A stretch of DNA of 64,000 bases from the human T2T-CHM13v2.0 reference genome, Homo sapiens (GCF_009914755.1 NC_060942.1), one strand, 5' to 3'; shown: positions 28,540 to 43,699, counted from the first letter of the stretch. Translations and numbers: made by a program. Notes: generated by a model from the sequence alone, not told the origin.

Positions 28540-28677
28540 ATGGAGATTCCAGAATAAGTGGTAAATAGCAAAAAGTAAAAAATAAAGCCAGTAGAAGAAA
28601 GAAGGAGAAATAGGGAATTGGATAGTCCACAAACTGATAATTCACCCACTTAAGTCAGACAGATCTTGGAATATCAA
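28540..28677 (+). other. Candidate non-coding exon (138 nt)
   Basis: Acceptor tttcaatctcttttttccactatcctcAG and donor CAA|GTAAGT; stops in all frames. Confidence 0.4.
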
Positions 28678-29394
28678 GTAAGTGAGAGTGGGAGAAATTA
28701 AGCACAAATCTGGGGATATGTCCACAAGATTAGTGAATCTGTGGACTTCAAATCCTCATGCTTACTTGCGTGGGTTAAACAGCCTAAAATGCTTACTTGT
28801 TTTTGGAGTTTAATCTCTTTGAGATTTAGTCATCTTATTTTGGAGGGTTTTGATAGTAGTGAGAAACGGTGTTTGGTTTCTGCTCCAAATCTAGTTAAAT
28901 AAGAAATTGAAAGTGGGAAGGAGAAGGTGCATACAGTTTCCTTTGCTGAAAATGGATCAGTAGTACCATCCTAACATACAAAGGACTTCTTAGAGTTATC
29001 ATTTGATGAGGTGCCCAGGGAGAGTGCTGATGTCAGCCGGGAGAGGGCCGTGGGTGGGTGTCCCCCGGCTGACTTCCTCTCTTTCCTCTCTCTGCCAAGG
29101 CTCTGCCGTCCAAACCTGTAATCCCGCCCAGGCAATTCCAGTTCTGGGTGTTTCTTAAGCAAATAGAGTAAACCATGCCAGCATTAGGGGTTGCCACCTC
29201 TTAGAGGTTGTATTCCAGGGCAAGTACTCATGACTTCTCATGACTCAATCTCATCAGTTTCTTCTATGCTTTCAATTTCTTCCTCTTCCAGCTTCTTAAA
29301 CACTTATATCTGTATGTACATCTATATGTGCAAATAGCACCTATAATATGCCGTCATGTTTTCTAATGATCTCCTTGGTGAACTGTAGCACTTT

Positions 29395-29516
29395 CTTTCT
29401 TTCTTATTTTTCTAGAGACGGGATCAGGCTAGTCTCAAACTCCTGGCTTCAAGTGATCCTCCCACCTTGGCTTCCCAAAGTGTTGTGATTACAGGTGTGA
29501 GCCATTGCACAGGGCC
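29395..29516 (-). mobile_element. FLAM_C-like Alu monomer
   Basis: TSD tgtagca(c/a)tttctt. Confidence 0.88.
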
Positions 29517-29884
29517 TCAGTGTAGCAATTTCTTATTGGCTGTCACATTTTCTAGTAGTTTCTCAAACCTATATTGTACTGTTCAACTATATGGGAAGCT
29601 TTTGATGATGGGAAAAAAAATCTGTCAGCTGTTCCCCGTATAAGCATCTTCTCCACCTTCCTCTCCCTGCCCCTGAACCTGAGTCCAGCACACGGCAGGC
29701 AGGTGTGTAACAAATGCTTGTGAATTGTGAGGCAGTGTCTCTGATATGAACATCTGCAAAGCCTCCAATAGGGAGGGGGAAAAAATCATGAATCTTAAAG
29801 TCAGCTGATAAAAAAAGAAGAAAAGAAAAATTGTATGTTAAAGTGCAGAACATAAGGTTTCTACACAAAATGAAAACAAGTATT

Positions 29885-30209
<325 letters not shown>

Positions 30210-30249
30210 TTAAAGGAGGCCGTCTCAATATTTTTAGAAAGGATAATAA

Positions 30250-30450
30250 TAGTAATAAGTGCCTGCCATGTGTCAGGCACTGTTCTAGGCACTTTACATG
30301 TTTCATTGTATTTGATGCTTGAATAGTCCTTTGCTTATTATCTTCATTTTACAGATGAAGGAACTGAAGCACGAAAAGGTGAAATAACTTGCCCAACTTT
30401 GGAGTTAGATTTCATACTTTGGCAGTTTGACTCCAGAATATACACTTCTA
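30250..30450 (-). mobile_element. MIR
   Basis: cattttacagatgaaggaactgaagcac...aacttgcccaa. Confidence 0.85.
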
Positions 30451-31494
30451 CCTTTGTGTCCCATTTAAATCTGTTTCTCCCTACAAGGTCATTCTCCTGT
30501 GCTTTTCTTCTAGAAGCTTTATTATTTTAGGGTACATGAAGATCTATACCATCAGGAGTAGATTTTTGTGTCTGGTGTAAGGTCAAAATTAATTTTTCTC
30601 TTGTGAGTCTCCAATTGACGGCACACCATTTATTGAAAACTGCTGCTCTTTTCCTAGTGGGCTATAGTGCCACCTTTGTCAGGTGAGTCAGGTTTTCGAT
30701 TCTGTATTCTGTTCTATTCTATTGCTCTGCTTATCTTTGTGCCAAAATTGCATTGTCTTAATTATTATAGTTTCATGTTTCTTGACATCTAGAAGTATAA
30801 GTCTTTCAACTTTTTTCTTTATTTTCAAGATTGCCTTCACCGCCCTTGGCCATTTGTATTTCCATAAAAATTTTAGAATTATTTTGCCAATTTACACACA
30901 AACGAACACATAATCCTGCTGAGAGTTTTTACTGGGAGTACCTTGAATCTATAGATTGATTTGGGACGAATTGGCATCTTAATTTTTTTGAGTCCATGGA
31001 CATGGTATATCCCTTTGTTTATTTTAGGTCTTTATTAACTTCTCCCAATAATGTTTTATATTAATAGTTTTCTGTGTAGATGTCTTGTTCATATGTTGTT
31101 AGAATTATTTTAGGTATTCAGTTTTTTGAATGAGATTATAATCATTATCATCTGAAAACTTTCATTTTCTAATTGTTTGTCGTGGTATAGAGGAGTTTAT
31201 TGATCTTGTAAGTAGGGATCTTGCTTTTCACTTAATAATTCTAATTGTGGAGTGTTTCAGATTACCCATATACACAATCATATGATTTACAAATAATGAT
31301 AGTTTTATTTCTTTTTTCCATTAACTAAAACTTTTATTTATTTATTTTTTAATTTATAGGCATTCCAGAACAATGTTAGAAGTAGTGATAGTGGGCATTC
31401 TTATTTTATTCCCAACTTTTGGAGGAAAAATTTGTTATTACATGTGAATATAATTCATTGTAATATGAATTACATTGATTGATTTTTTGCATAA

Positions 31495-32298
<804 letters not shown>

Positions 32299-32530
32299 GT
32301 GTCTTAGTCTGTTTTCAGCTGCTATAACAGAACACCAGAGACCCGGTGATTTATAAAGAACAAAAATTTATTCTCTCACAGTTCTGGAGGTTGGGAAGTC
32401 CAAGATCATGGCACTAGAATTTGGTGTGGTCCTTCTTACTGTGCCCTCACAGGGTGGAAGGTGGAAAGGGAGGAGGGAGCAAACTCACTCCTACAAACCC
32501 TTCTATACTGGCATTAATGCATTTGTGAGG
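32299..32530 (-). mobile_element. MaLR LTR fragment (MLT1A/MST-like)
   Basis: tgtcttagtctgttttcagctgctataacagaa...cacagttctggaggttgggaagtccaagatca. Confidence 0.8.
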
Positions 32531-34075
32531 CATTTCACTGTGGTCAGCAAATATACTCTGAATGATTTTAATAATTTGAAATTTCTCAATAATTTATTTC
32601 TGAACAGCATAAGGTCAATTTTGTAAATGTTCAATATGCCCTTGGGATGAATGCTTATTCATTGTTGGATGGATCATTCTGTCAATGTCAACTTTGCTTA
32701 TAAATAAGTTCAATTTGTTATTCATACTTCCTGTATCCTTACTAATTTTTTTTGGCCATTCGTTTCTCTCATATGCTAAAGGAGGTTTATTAAAATCTCT
32801 CCCTATAATTGTATATTTCTTCCTTCAGTTCTTCAATATTTGAAGCTATGTTATTAGGGGTGTACTTCTTCTACATTTTCCCAGTAGACTTAAATTTTTA
32901 TCTTTATGAATGTTCCTTTTATCTTTAGTATGGTTTCTTGCCTTAAAGTTCACTTTGCTTGATGTAAATATAGCTATAAAAGTTTTTGTTAGCATTTACT
33001 TGGTTTATTATTTTCCATCTTTTACTTTCAATCTCTCCATGTCTTAAATTAGGGCACGTATCTTGTAAGCTGCATAGTTGGTTTGGATTTGTGGTTATGT
33101 TCATCATACAGACTGATGATATTTGTCTTTCAATTGAAGCTTTTATTCTGTTTATATTAAGGTAATTGCTGAAATAATTGGGTTTACATCTATCTTCTTA
33201 ATATTTCTTTATGTTTAACCTTATATGATTCCTTTTCTCTTTTGTTTTATTTTCTTTTATGTACTTTTTATTATTCAATTTTTCCTTTTACTCGTTTGTT
33301 TGCAATATATCCTTTTGCCATTCTTTTGTTACTTTAGAGATTACAATACCATTCCTTGCACTCTTACCATTTCTATAATACCTACTTATTTGTATTTAAT
33401 ATAATATATACTCTTATCATTTCCACAATGCCTCTTAGACAACAGAATTTAACTCCTCCTCTTCACTATTTTTGTTATTGTCAGTGTGCATTTTAACCTA
33501 TATACATTTCCAACACTATAAAACTTTTTTGTTATTGCTTAATACAGTTAATTCATCACAGTAATACATTTACCTTTTCCATTTCTGAATTTCTATTTTT
33601 ATCTGATATTATTGTCCAAATATAAGAATTTTCATTAATATTTCCTTTAATAGGAGCCTGCTGGGAGTAAATTATCTGTTTTTACTTGCCTGAAAATATC
33701 TTTAGTTTTTCTTCATTTTTAAAAGATATTTTCACTAGGTATAGAATTTTAGGTTAGCATTTGTTTTCTTTCAGAACTTTATGCCATTTTTTTGTTGTGT
33801 TTTGCTGTTGTTTTTTTTTGTTGTTCGTTTGCTTGTTTGTTTTTCAGGCTTCCACTGTTTCTACTGAGAAGTAAGCTCTTGGTCTTTTGCTTATTGTGGC
33901 TCCTCTGAAAGAAACCTGTCTGTTTTCTCTGGCTGCTTTTAAGATTTTGTCTTTGCTCTTAGTAGTTTTATGTTGATATAACCAGATGTGGTTTCCTTTG
34001 CATTTATTCTACTTAAATTCTAGAACATTTTGAAGTTTTCTTTGATTGCTTTGTGAGCTTTTGAAATATCTAGGA

Positions 34076-34304
34076 CAAGCTTGTCCAACCCATAGCCCAT
34101 GGGCTGCATTTTGCCCAGGACAGCCTTGAATGAGGCCCAACCCCACAAATTCATAAACTTTCTTTAAATATTATGAGGTTTTTTTTTGTATATATATATT
34201 TTTTAGCTCATCAGCTATTGTTAGTGTGAGTGTGTTTTATGTGTGACCCAAGATAATTCTTCTTCCAGTGTGGCCCAGGGAAGCGAAAAGATTGAACACC
34301 CCTG
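34076..34304. mobile_element. MER30 (hAT-Charlie MITE)
   Basis: caagcttgtccaacc...attgaacacccctg termini; degenerate 8-bp TSD atctagga / aactaaga. Confidence 0.88.
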
Positions 34305-34620
34305 AACTAAGATGTCATCTTTTTACATATTGCTTCTGCTTCACTTGTGTCATCTCCCCTTTTGAGTCTCTAGTTACATGAAACTTTGGTCCTTCAGGGA
34401 TTCTAATTAAATACGTCTTAGATCTTTCCCCATGTCTTATATATCTCTTATGCTATTTTTAAAAAAATTCTATTCATTTTTCAAATTTCTGTGTTTATAC
34501 CAACCTATTTTCCAGATCGCTAAATTGGCTTCTTGATAATGTCCCCTTATTGATCTGATGTTGTTGGGACCTCTAGGGTCTCGTGGAATAATTCTAATCC
34601 TTTTTCCTAAAATGTCTTTT

Positions 34621-34662
34621 TCAGATGAGATCGGGCACGTTCAGGGTGGTATGGCCATAGAC
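34621..34662 (-). pseudogene. 5S rRNA 5'-terminal fragment (42 nt, tailless retropseudogene)
   Basis: Reverse complement GTCTATGGCCATACCACCCTGAACGTGCCCGATCTCATCTGA matches 5S nt 1-42 with three CpG-type transitions. Confidence 0.93.
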
Positions 34663-34790
34663 TAAAACTAATACATCTTTTTCAAACATTTGAAGGTAGT
34701 CCTCCATGTAAAATGCACCAGATGAAGAATCAGAAACCTTGAATTGTAATCCAAATTCCATTATAGTAATTCCCAGTGACAATGTAGACA

Positions 34791-35109
34791 CAGTCTTCCC
34801 ATGGTATCCATGGGGAATTGGTTCCAGAACCTCCTGTAGATACCAAAATCTACAGATATAAGTCCTTGATATAAAATGATGTAATATTTGCATATCACCC
34901 ATGCATATCCTCCTGTATACTTTAAATCATTTTTACATTACTTATAATACCTAGTACAATGTAAATAATTCTTACACTGTCTTATTTAGGGAACAATAAC
35001 AAAAAAGTCTATACATGCTCAGTACAAGATGCAATTTTCTTTCAAATATTTTTATCCACAGTTGGTTGAATTCATGGATGTGGAACCCATAAATGTAGAG
35101 GGCTAACTG
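34791..35109 (+). mobile_element. MER2 (TcMar-Tigger)
   Basis: cagtc...ggtatccatgggg...ttggttccag...gatgtggaaccca...gagggctaactg followed by TA. Confidence 0.88.
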
Positions 35110-35479
35110 TATTCATTTTATAGGGTAGAATATTGAGGTTTAAAAGTTAAGCAAATTGCTCAAGATCACACAGCTATTAAGTGGTGGGCCTGGCTTTGCA
35201 GGTGCTAAAGCTCAAGCTCTTAACATATTATGTTATGGGGCATTTGTGTCCTCTAGCACAGTTGTGGGTTTATACTAAACTTGTGGTCAATTAACCTTCA
35301 GTCTTTTCTCCTATAAATTTTGGTCAAGTCACATTTTCTCCATTTGAAACTTGTGTGATTCTATCTTATCATCAAAGAGTTTATCAATCAATCTACCTAC
35401 CTACATGTCTATTTATCTGATATGTACCATCTATTTATTTTTACTTAAATGTATAACTATATTTTTCCCTGTTAAATCT

Positions 35480-36110
35480 ACAACTGGGGGCTTGGCCATC
35501 ATTTTAGTCTGTCAAAATAATTATTGGTTTTTATTACTTAATGCATCTCTTTAAACTTTGAGTTATCTACAAATTTGACAATTTTTAATGCTTAAAAAGA
35601 CATCTTAAACTTTTTAATGGAATAATATCAGACAGGGCAATATGACAGGTCACTGGTAACTTCAAGCAGTTGTAAACATATCAACTGTCCTATTATCTAA
35701 ATCACATATTTTCAAATCGACCACAATGACATTCCGACTGACAGCTTTATTTTCTAGTGAATATGTTTGATGGTTTGGCATGACATGGCCTTAGTGAACC
35801 CAGGTTGGTTCCATGTGATCATAACATTCTTTTCTAAGTGGTTCACAAACCATCTATTTAGTCATTTATCCTTGAATTTTGCCAACAGTTGACATCAAGA
35901 ATTTGCTTTGACCAGGCTGCAGTTCCCAGAATCTAGGCTTTCTTGAATTTCACAATCAAAAAATGTTTTCTAGTCTCCTGGCACCTCTTTGTTCTTCACG
36001 TTCCCCCCTCCCCCAAAGATTGCCAACAGTGGTTGCATAATTACATCTCAGAGTCTTTCAGTACTTTGGGCTATGATCTGTATGGGCTGGGAGATGTGAT
36101 CTCATTTGAA
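35480..36110 (-). mobile_element. L3/CR1 LINE, RT-proximal ORF2 fragment
   Basis: Minus strand reads approximately SPSPYRS*PKVLKDS-DVIMQPLLAIF, like the CR1 motif KSPGPDxIHPRVLKELADVIAEPLSIIF. Confidence 0.75.
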
Positions 36111-36111
36111 G

Positions 36112-36620
36112 TGTGATATAGTAGAAAGAGAAGTGTACCTAGAATTATAGACTTGAATTCATGTCTTGATGCATCACTTGTTAATTGTGTGACCTGCAGC
36201 AAATTACTTAGTCTCTGTAGCCTCTGTTTCCTTATCTGTAAATGAGAATAAAACCTGAAAGGGAATTGAAAGGATTAAATGAGTTAACAGCTGTGAAGTG
36301 TCTGGAGTAAAATGAGCTTCAAAAATCCCGATTTCCCTTAATGCCTTATCTATGTTGGGTTTCAGTTTATTCTTTATATTTTAAAATATACTTTAGAATT
36401 TGAAGACAATTCTTTTTGCTGTAGAAGACATCAGAAATAAAAACTCACTGGGGAAGTAAAATGGTGTAGAGCACTGAACTAGGATATCACCAGATACCAC
36501 TACCTGTGGGGATGTCTCATTAAACTCGTTATGTGACCTTGCGCAAGTCATGTAATTGCTCTGGGTTTTATATTCATCTGTAACATGAAGGGGAAGGACT
36601 GGGTAATTTCTCAGTTCTAG
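36112..36620 (+). mobile_element. Two MIR remnants
   Basis: gtgtgacct...gcctctgtttccttatctgtaaatgag; atgtgaccttgcgcaagtca. Confidence 0.75.
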
Positions 36621-37589
36621 ATGTATATGCTATGCTCTAATTTTGCCTTTTGCCATGTCCCTGAACTATGTAACCTTCTTCCTGTATAGGGGACTATCTT
36701 TCCAGCCAGTTCTTAATGCACTTTGTAAATAAATCTCAGGAATTAAAAATTCCTGAGCTGACCCCTTGACACACAAAATACTTTGGAGCTGAACCTCTGT
36801 CATCAGTGTTCTGATGTGGACTATTAGTCCAAATGAGCCCAAATTAGGCTGACAAACCTGCTGTCTTCCACTCCACTTATTATTCATTGAATGACCCCGG
36901 ATTTGATTCTATTACTTGCCTAATGATTGAGAATTAATGACATAATAATACTATGTCAACATATAGAGACATTATGGAAATAACGGTAATAATTTATGTA
37001 GCACTTTCCAAACTAAGGTTTTTTTTTTTTTTTGATAAATGAGAATGGATTTTAGATGTACAATATAGCAATTACTCTTTGCCCTAGAATATGAAAGAAG
37101 CCTTTGGATCTACACAGGAAGTAGCTATTCATCAGTTGTGATTAGTTTGGGGAAAAAAAGCACATTCTTTGTCTCTAAAATATTAATAATAATAATTTTG
37201 CTCTTATTGTGCTTATTTTCTATTCTGGGGACAGTCACCAAACGCCATAGAAAATATTTTCTGGTCTAGAAGTAATTAAATACATAGATATCTTTACTTC
37301 TCTTTACAGGGCAGATTTTATCAGATAAATTTTATTCATTCATTTATTCATTCATTTGCATTGTGTACATATTAATTTATTGAAGAAGTATTAATATTTC
37401 AAACACTTGTTTTTGTTATGCCATACGTGGGCTCAGAAAAGAACTGAGGGTAGGGGGTGGATCCCTGCTTTGAGAAAAGTCGTAATCCATTAAGGGAGAT
37501 CTGCTAGAGCTAACAGGAGAGTGTGGCAATGGCCATTAGAAAGTATGTTCTGGATCCCAGACCTTTCAGGAACCTTTTCAAGAGCCTTG

Positions 37590-39560
37590 CTCTGCCTCTT
37601 AGTCTCTCTCTCTCTGCATTCTTAACCTCTTGGCTTTATCATCCAAATACTCTCTGTGTCTTGCATCTTAAAAATAAACATCAACCTCCCCTAACGCACC
37701 GTGTCTCTCCAGAATACTCTAGTTTTCCATTCCCCATGAAAGAACTCTCTGCATATGCTGCCTCTGCATCACCTCCCATTCATTCTTCACCTTACTGTGG
37801 TTGAACTTCCTCTTCTAAGGAACTGCTTTTAATAAACTCACTAGTGACTTTCAAATTCTAAATACTTTCCAGTACTGAATCCAATGGACACTTTTACATT
37901 CTTAGCTTACTTGACCTCTCAGCAGCATTTGAACCAATCGGTATTCCCTCCTGGAATACTTTTTCTTTTGAAAATACGCTATACTTTCCCCACTTTCTTC
38001 TGTGGCCAGTCCTTTTTTATTCTTCTTTGATGGTCCCTCTACCTATGTGCATCCTCTAAACACTGCTATTCCTCTAGACTCTGACGGCTAGTTGTTAGAT
38101 CCTCCGCTCCCCTCCTCTGTTCTCTCCTCTCCTCTCCTCTCCTCTCCTGTCCTCTCCTCTCCCCTCCTCTCCCCTCCCCTCTCTTATCGTCTCTCTTCTG
38201 TGCTCTTCCTTCCTTTCCTCTTCTGCTTTCCCTTAATCTCTCTCTCTTCCAAAGTAACCTTATCCTTTACCATGATTTAAATGCCACCTCTATGTTGAAG
38301 AGTCTCAAATTTATATGAGCAGCCTAGCTCTTCTTTCTGAGCTCCACAAGTAAATATTGAACTGCCTACTTGATGTTGATATTTCAATGTCTCGTAGATA
38401 TTTCAAAATTAACATCTCAACATCTGAGCGCTAAATCTCTCTCCAGAAATCTGCTCCTTCTACAGATTCTACATCTCAGTGAATTATATCTTCATATGCC
38501 CAAGTACTCAAGAATATCCCTGGCCTCCTCTTGGAACTTTCTTGTGCCACAGGTGCTACAGGCATTTCAAACTCAACATGTTCAGAGCCATTCCATCGAT
38601 TTCCATCCTTTCCACATCACTCTGCTCTCAGGAATCTTTGAAACAAAACAAAACTTAAAACCCACATACAAAAGAAAGGAAGGAAGGGAGGGAGGGAGGA
38701 AAGGAGGGAAGGGAGGAAGAGAGGAAGAAACAAAAATAAATCCAAAGCCATCTGGTTCTGTCTCACAACCGTCTACTGTGCTATTAAGTCAGAGCGTAAT
38801 GAGTTTTGACTTCTTCCTTTCCTTTGTCCCTTATACCACATTTATGCAAGAGAAAGTTTCTTCTACTTCTGGCCATGATGAAATAACAGGAAGTAGGTTG
38901 TCTTTTCCATCTTCCACACTGAGAAATAGGCAAAACATGTGCATGATTTTGAGGGGATTGGATAACTGGTTGATTGTAACAGCGGGTGGTTCAGAACAGA
39001 GATCTCTGAAAGAAGGAAAACAGTGTGGGTCTTACAATTAATTTCCCAAGCTCTTTCAGAGCACGTTAGCTTTTCCCTGTGTGCTCATCTATTGTCCCTC
39101 TCCTTCTACTAGAATATGAACTCCAGGAAGCGCAGGGACTTAGTTGTCTAGCGGAACACCTAGCCCAGTGCCTAGCCCATTGTTAGTACTCAATAAATTT
39201 TCCATTTGGGGTACATGAGTGAATTCTTGATAATTTCTGCTTCCTCACTAGCCAAGTCCTATCTGATTGTAACTTTAAATTACATCTGAAATCCATCCAC
39301 TTCTCTCTAACTCTATTGCTATTACCCTGATCCCCAACACCACCATGTCTGCTCTGGACAAATGCTATATAACTTCCTTGGTGGTCTTCTACGCTTGCCT
39401 TCTCCAATCACTTCACTCAAATTGATTCTTTAAAATGTAAACTTCATTGTGTCACTCTATACTAAAATGTATCAGTGACTACTGCATTTTGAATAATTCA
39501 AGCTCCTTACAAGGGGATGATGGCCGACCACAGCCTACTTACTCAGCTTCCTCCTCACAC
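37590..39560 (+). mobile_element. L2 fragments interleaved with simple repeats and an L1M 5' fragment (~38850-39050)
   Basis: cttgacctctcagcagcatttga; caggcatttcaaactcaacatg; (CTCTC)n 38100-38180; (GGAA)-rich 38670-38725. Confidence 0.75.
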
Positions 39561-41599
39561 CTCTAGCTGCCTAATCCAGCAGCCCATTGGGTCCATGAGA
39601 TGCAATTTGAAAACCACTGAACTAGATGATTGCCAATGTTTTTCCAGCCCCTAGGTGCTGCACTACGATGCTTAGATTTATTTGCCACAATCTAAATTAC
39701 CCATCAAAGTATAATTGATAAAAGTTACCTGTAAGTTTGATAATCTAAGCACAATGACAAGTACAAACAGAATGAGAATATCTTTCTTTGACAATGGGAA
39801 AAATGAGGGTTGAACTGTAACAATTTATCAATGTCACTCTGGCACCCTCCAGGGAGAAGACCATCTCATTCTAAATACTGGACTTGGTTTTTCAAGCATA
39901 ACCATCATGAAAGGCAAATTCTCAGTCTACCAGAACTTTCTAGAAATATCACATGACAACATACAAACAGCTTTGCATTGATTCTGTGTTGACAAGGCCA
40001 TGCTTTGCTTTGCTGTTTGGCTTCTATGGTGGACTCACCCCAAATACAGTGGCCTTTCAAATGCATGTCCTTGCTTCTCACCCCAGTTTAATCTTTCTCT
40101 GTAATTTAACACATTGTTCTCTCAGTTTATGAATCAGCCTTTTGTGGGTTTAATTAGTGCAAATCAATTTACAACCATTGGATCATACAGAGTAAACAGA
40201 TAAAATGCATCTTGTGGTCCTGAAAATTTGAGAACCAGACTAGAACATAAACATATCACAAAAGCACAGGTGTCCTTTGATGAAGAAACGATGTCATGGC
40301 AGAATAGGGTCAAACGGTGATCTGTAATGTTGGTCTCAGGAAGTCTGGAGAAGGTAGTAGGTCCAGGCCATGGTTCTAGAGATGGAATGGAGAGTGGGAG
40401 AAGGAAGAAATGATAATAATAGCCAATGTCATTGATATGACCCGTTTCACACACATAGAGGAACAAATAAAGTCACATTTCACATATTTTTTGAAATTAA
40501 TACCTTCTCTACTCCTCACATGCATGGAGAAGTAGGAAATCCTGTCTTCCTCTCTTAGCCCCTCCCTCCCCTTATATGGACAGGAACTATGGCGGGGCCT
40601 TATTGGTGCCCATCTTCTCATGCTGGGCCCAGAACTCAGGTGCCCTGTTGAGGCTGGAGGATCCCTATTGCTGAGTTCCAAGAACAGTTCACTGTTGCTG
40701 GTTTTGTTCCAGTGAATGAGCTGTGCCTGGATCTCTCTTTTGGGTCACTGCTGCAGGCACACAATTGTTCTTTAAAGGGTAAAAGAGTTTGATTCCCACT
40801 GGCCTGCTCTTCCCCTTCCTGGAACAGCGTTCCCTCCAGTCTGCAACACCCACACCAACTCACTCCCCAAACTAGCCTGCTCCCAACACTACTACATTTA
40901 CAATTTGCTCCCTGCATGGCCAGTTTTGGTGCTAATATTCTTGGGAGGGCGTGCTTGGGACAGGCTCTGGCATCTATTGCCACATGGACCCAGAGTGGCC
41001 TCTACCCTGAGATCGTCAACTTGCTCCCTTCCAGAACAAAGATAAGTGTGCCCAGAAGACATATTCTTGCTTCCACTTTTAGAGCCACAGGAAGCAAATT
41101 TCTGGAAGATTTCAAATACATTTTGTTCCTAATTTTACCCTCAAGTGTTCAGAAACGGTGAGATCTAGTCTCCTGACACCCCACTGCACTCAACATCTGT
41201 GTTTTAAATCATTTAAAAAGTGGATACTTGTGTTCTTGTTTATTTATTTTCTTGTTTGTTTACTCTTACTAGGCAGGAAGCAAAAGTGCTGACTTTAAGT
41301 GCTTGAAGTGCTGGACACCCCACACTCTGGCTGTATGGAGAAATGATGGTATGTGTGTGAGTTTGTGTGAGTGTGAGAGTGAGTTTGCACGTGTGCATGT
41401 GTGAGCGTGAGTGTGCGTGAGAGTGGATGCATGTTTCTGCAAAATCACAGGCAGGGAGTGGCTGCTGGAGGAATCCACGTGGGCCCAGGTACTGAGTGGT
41501 AAAGGGGAGGGAGAAGTAGGTAGGAGCCATGCAAAGGTGCCATCCACAGAGAAGACCCAGGGAGAGAAAGCCACTGGGGAGAGAAAAGAGTCCATATAG

Positions 41600-41800
41600 T
41601 GGTGGTAACAAAACGCTTATTCTGGAGCCAGAAGAAAGAACAGGGTCAGAAACCTGCCCTGCTACTTAAGCTGTGTGACCTCAGTTTCCTCATGTGTATA
41701 AAGGGAATAACGATGATGATGATAATGATCATAAGCCATATTAAAGGAGCTGATATACATAAAGCATTAGTAAATGCTATGAAAGTGTTAGCTTTTGTTA
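41600..41800 (+). mobile_element. MIR
   Basis: tctggagccaga...gctgtgtgacctcagtttcctcat. Confidence 0.75.
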
Positions 41801-42669
41801 TCATCATCACTTTTTTCCACGTGTGCAAAGATAGAACGATGTTTTGATTTTCTTCTGAAACGTTTTCTGTCTTACATGGCAGAGTGAATTGAATATTGCC
41901 AAGAGCATATTTAAAGAACTGTAGATGGTTAATATTTGGGCCAAATGAGGGGTTTTCTCCTGCTGAATGCCATCAAACTAACTTTTGGGTCTATGTGGGT
42001 GAGGAGGGTGAAGTGGGGGCGTGCACACACACGCACACTCACGCTCTTTGAGAAGAGAGATATTGAAAGACTTTTAGCACTGTGTTATGCAATGTGCAGT
42101 GCTGCATCTTTTCTGCATACCCTCAAGAAATTATCAAGATAAACTACTTTGCTCTGTAAGGCCTCGGTCAGATCTGAGTTTTGTTTTGTTTTTTAAAATA
42201 GGCCAAGTTATATTTCAGGTAAAATTAAATTATTTCTTTCCATGTAAATTATTTCTTTTCATATTTAGAACCTTAAACCTCTAAATAAATTTAGTCCACA
42301 AATTCTCCTAGTCTTCATGTTTATTTCTCTCCTAAAATACTAGATTCCTTTAGCCTGATTTCCCCTATTTTGCCACATTTGAAAAATATGGAGGATTTCT
42401 GCTTGATTTTCTCTTCTACTAGTTTACCTGTTATATAAGTGAAGCTTCTGTTTAGTTTGTACATTTTTTGAAGATATTCATGCAGAAGAGATGCTTACTT
42501 GGCGATCAGAAGTCACGTGTTGACTATGGCTTCTTATACATTTTGGGAAATACTTTCTTCAGAGCTCCTGAGTAGCTCTCTGGCTCTGATGACATTGTTC
42601 TATCAGCCACATCTAGAACATTCTGGGCGTTTATTGCTGCTTGTTCTAGTGTTTCCAATCAGTATTTTC

Positions 42670-42840
42670 TTTCTTTCTTTTTTTTTTAATTATACTTTAA
42701 GTTTTAGGGTACATGTGCACATTGTGCAGGTTAGTTACATATGTATACATGTGCCATGCTGGTGCGCTGCACCCACTAACTCGTCATCTAGCATTAGGTA
42801 TATCTCCCAATGCTATCCCTCCCCCCTCCCCCCACCCCAC
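42670..42840 (-). mobile_element. L1PA2-like extreme 3' end (~170 bp), young insertion
   Basis: Near-perfect young L1 3' UTR with GAG (not ACA/ACG) diagnostic and CTTAAAGTATAA; perfect 15-bp TSD ccaatcagtattttc at 42655-42669 and 42841-42855. Confidence 0.93.
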
Positions 42841-43100
42841 CCAATCAGTATTTTCAAATGGAATTTGGGAGACAAAACTTCCCTAAAATCTTCATTTAGT
42901 CTCTTTCTTGCTCTCTCTTTTTTTAATTTCCATCTATTAAATCTTTTGTACCATGATTAAAGGAGGTCCCACAGACTTCCAGCTGAACTTCCTCTTTCTC
43001 TTACTCCAGCATTGAAAGCTCCCAGCAGTTTCTGGTTTATACCTGTCCCTTACAATCTGTGTGTCCCCTGTTCCTGTGAGTCTCACTTGGCCAACCTTTA

Positions 43101-43420
<320 letters not shown>

Positions 43421-43699
43421 GTATTCTTCCTAAAATAGAAGTGGTTTTTGTTTTTTGTTTGTTTTTAACTATTAGTGGTCATATAGATTTTTTTCTTTTT
43501 CTTTTTTTTTTTAAGGATCAGATTTTTTTTTTTTTTTAAATCTCTGGCAAGTACTTTCTTTTGGTTTCTAGTAATGTTTAAACAATAACCTGGTTTTCTC
43601 AATTAATTTTTCTTTATATGATTCCTTGTAATGCTTTTGTTGTTGTTGTTTCCAATTCACTGCTTGTGAGTTAATTACAGTTCCCTTTTTAAAACTGGG

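Noticed and set aside
34621-34662. Functional 5S rRNA gene
   Set aside because: Only 42 nt, lacking the internal control region and terminator.
38370-39041. Longest ORF in the window (223 aa)
   Set aside because: It crosses L2, a GGAA repeat and an L1M fragment, with no domain resemblance.
42499-42960. 153-aa hydrophobic ORF
   Set aside because: TTG start; reads through the antisense L1PA2 tail and T-rich DNA.
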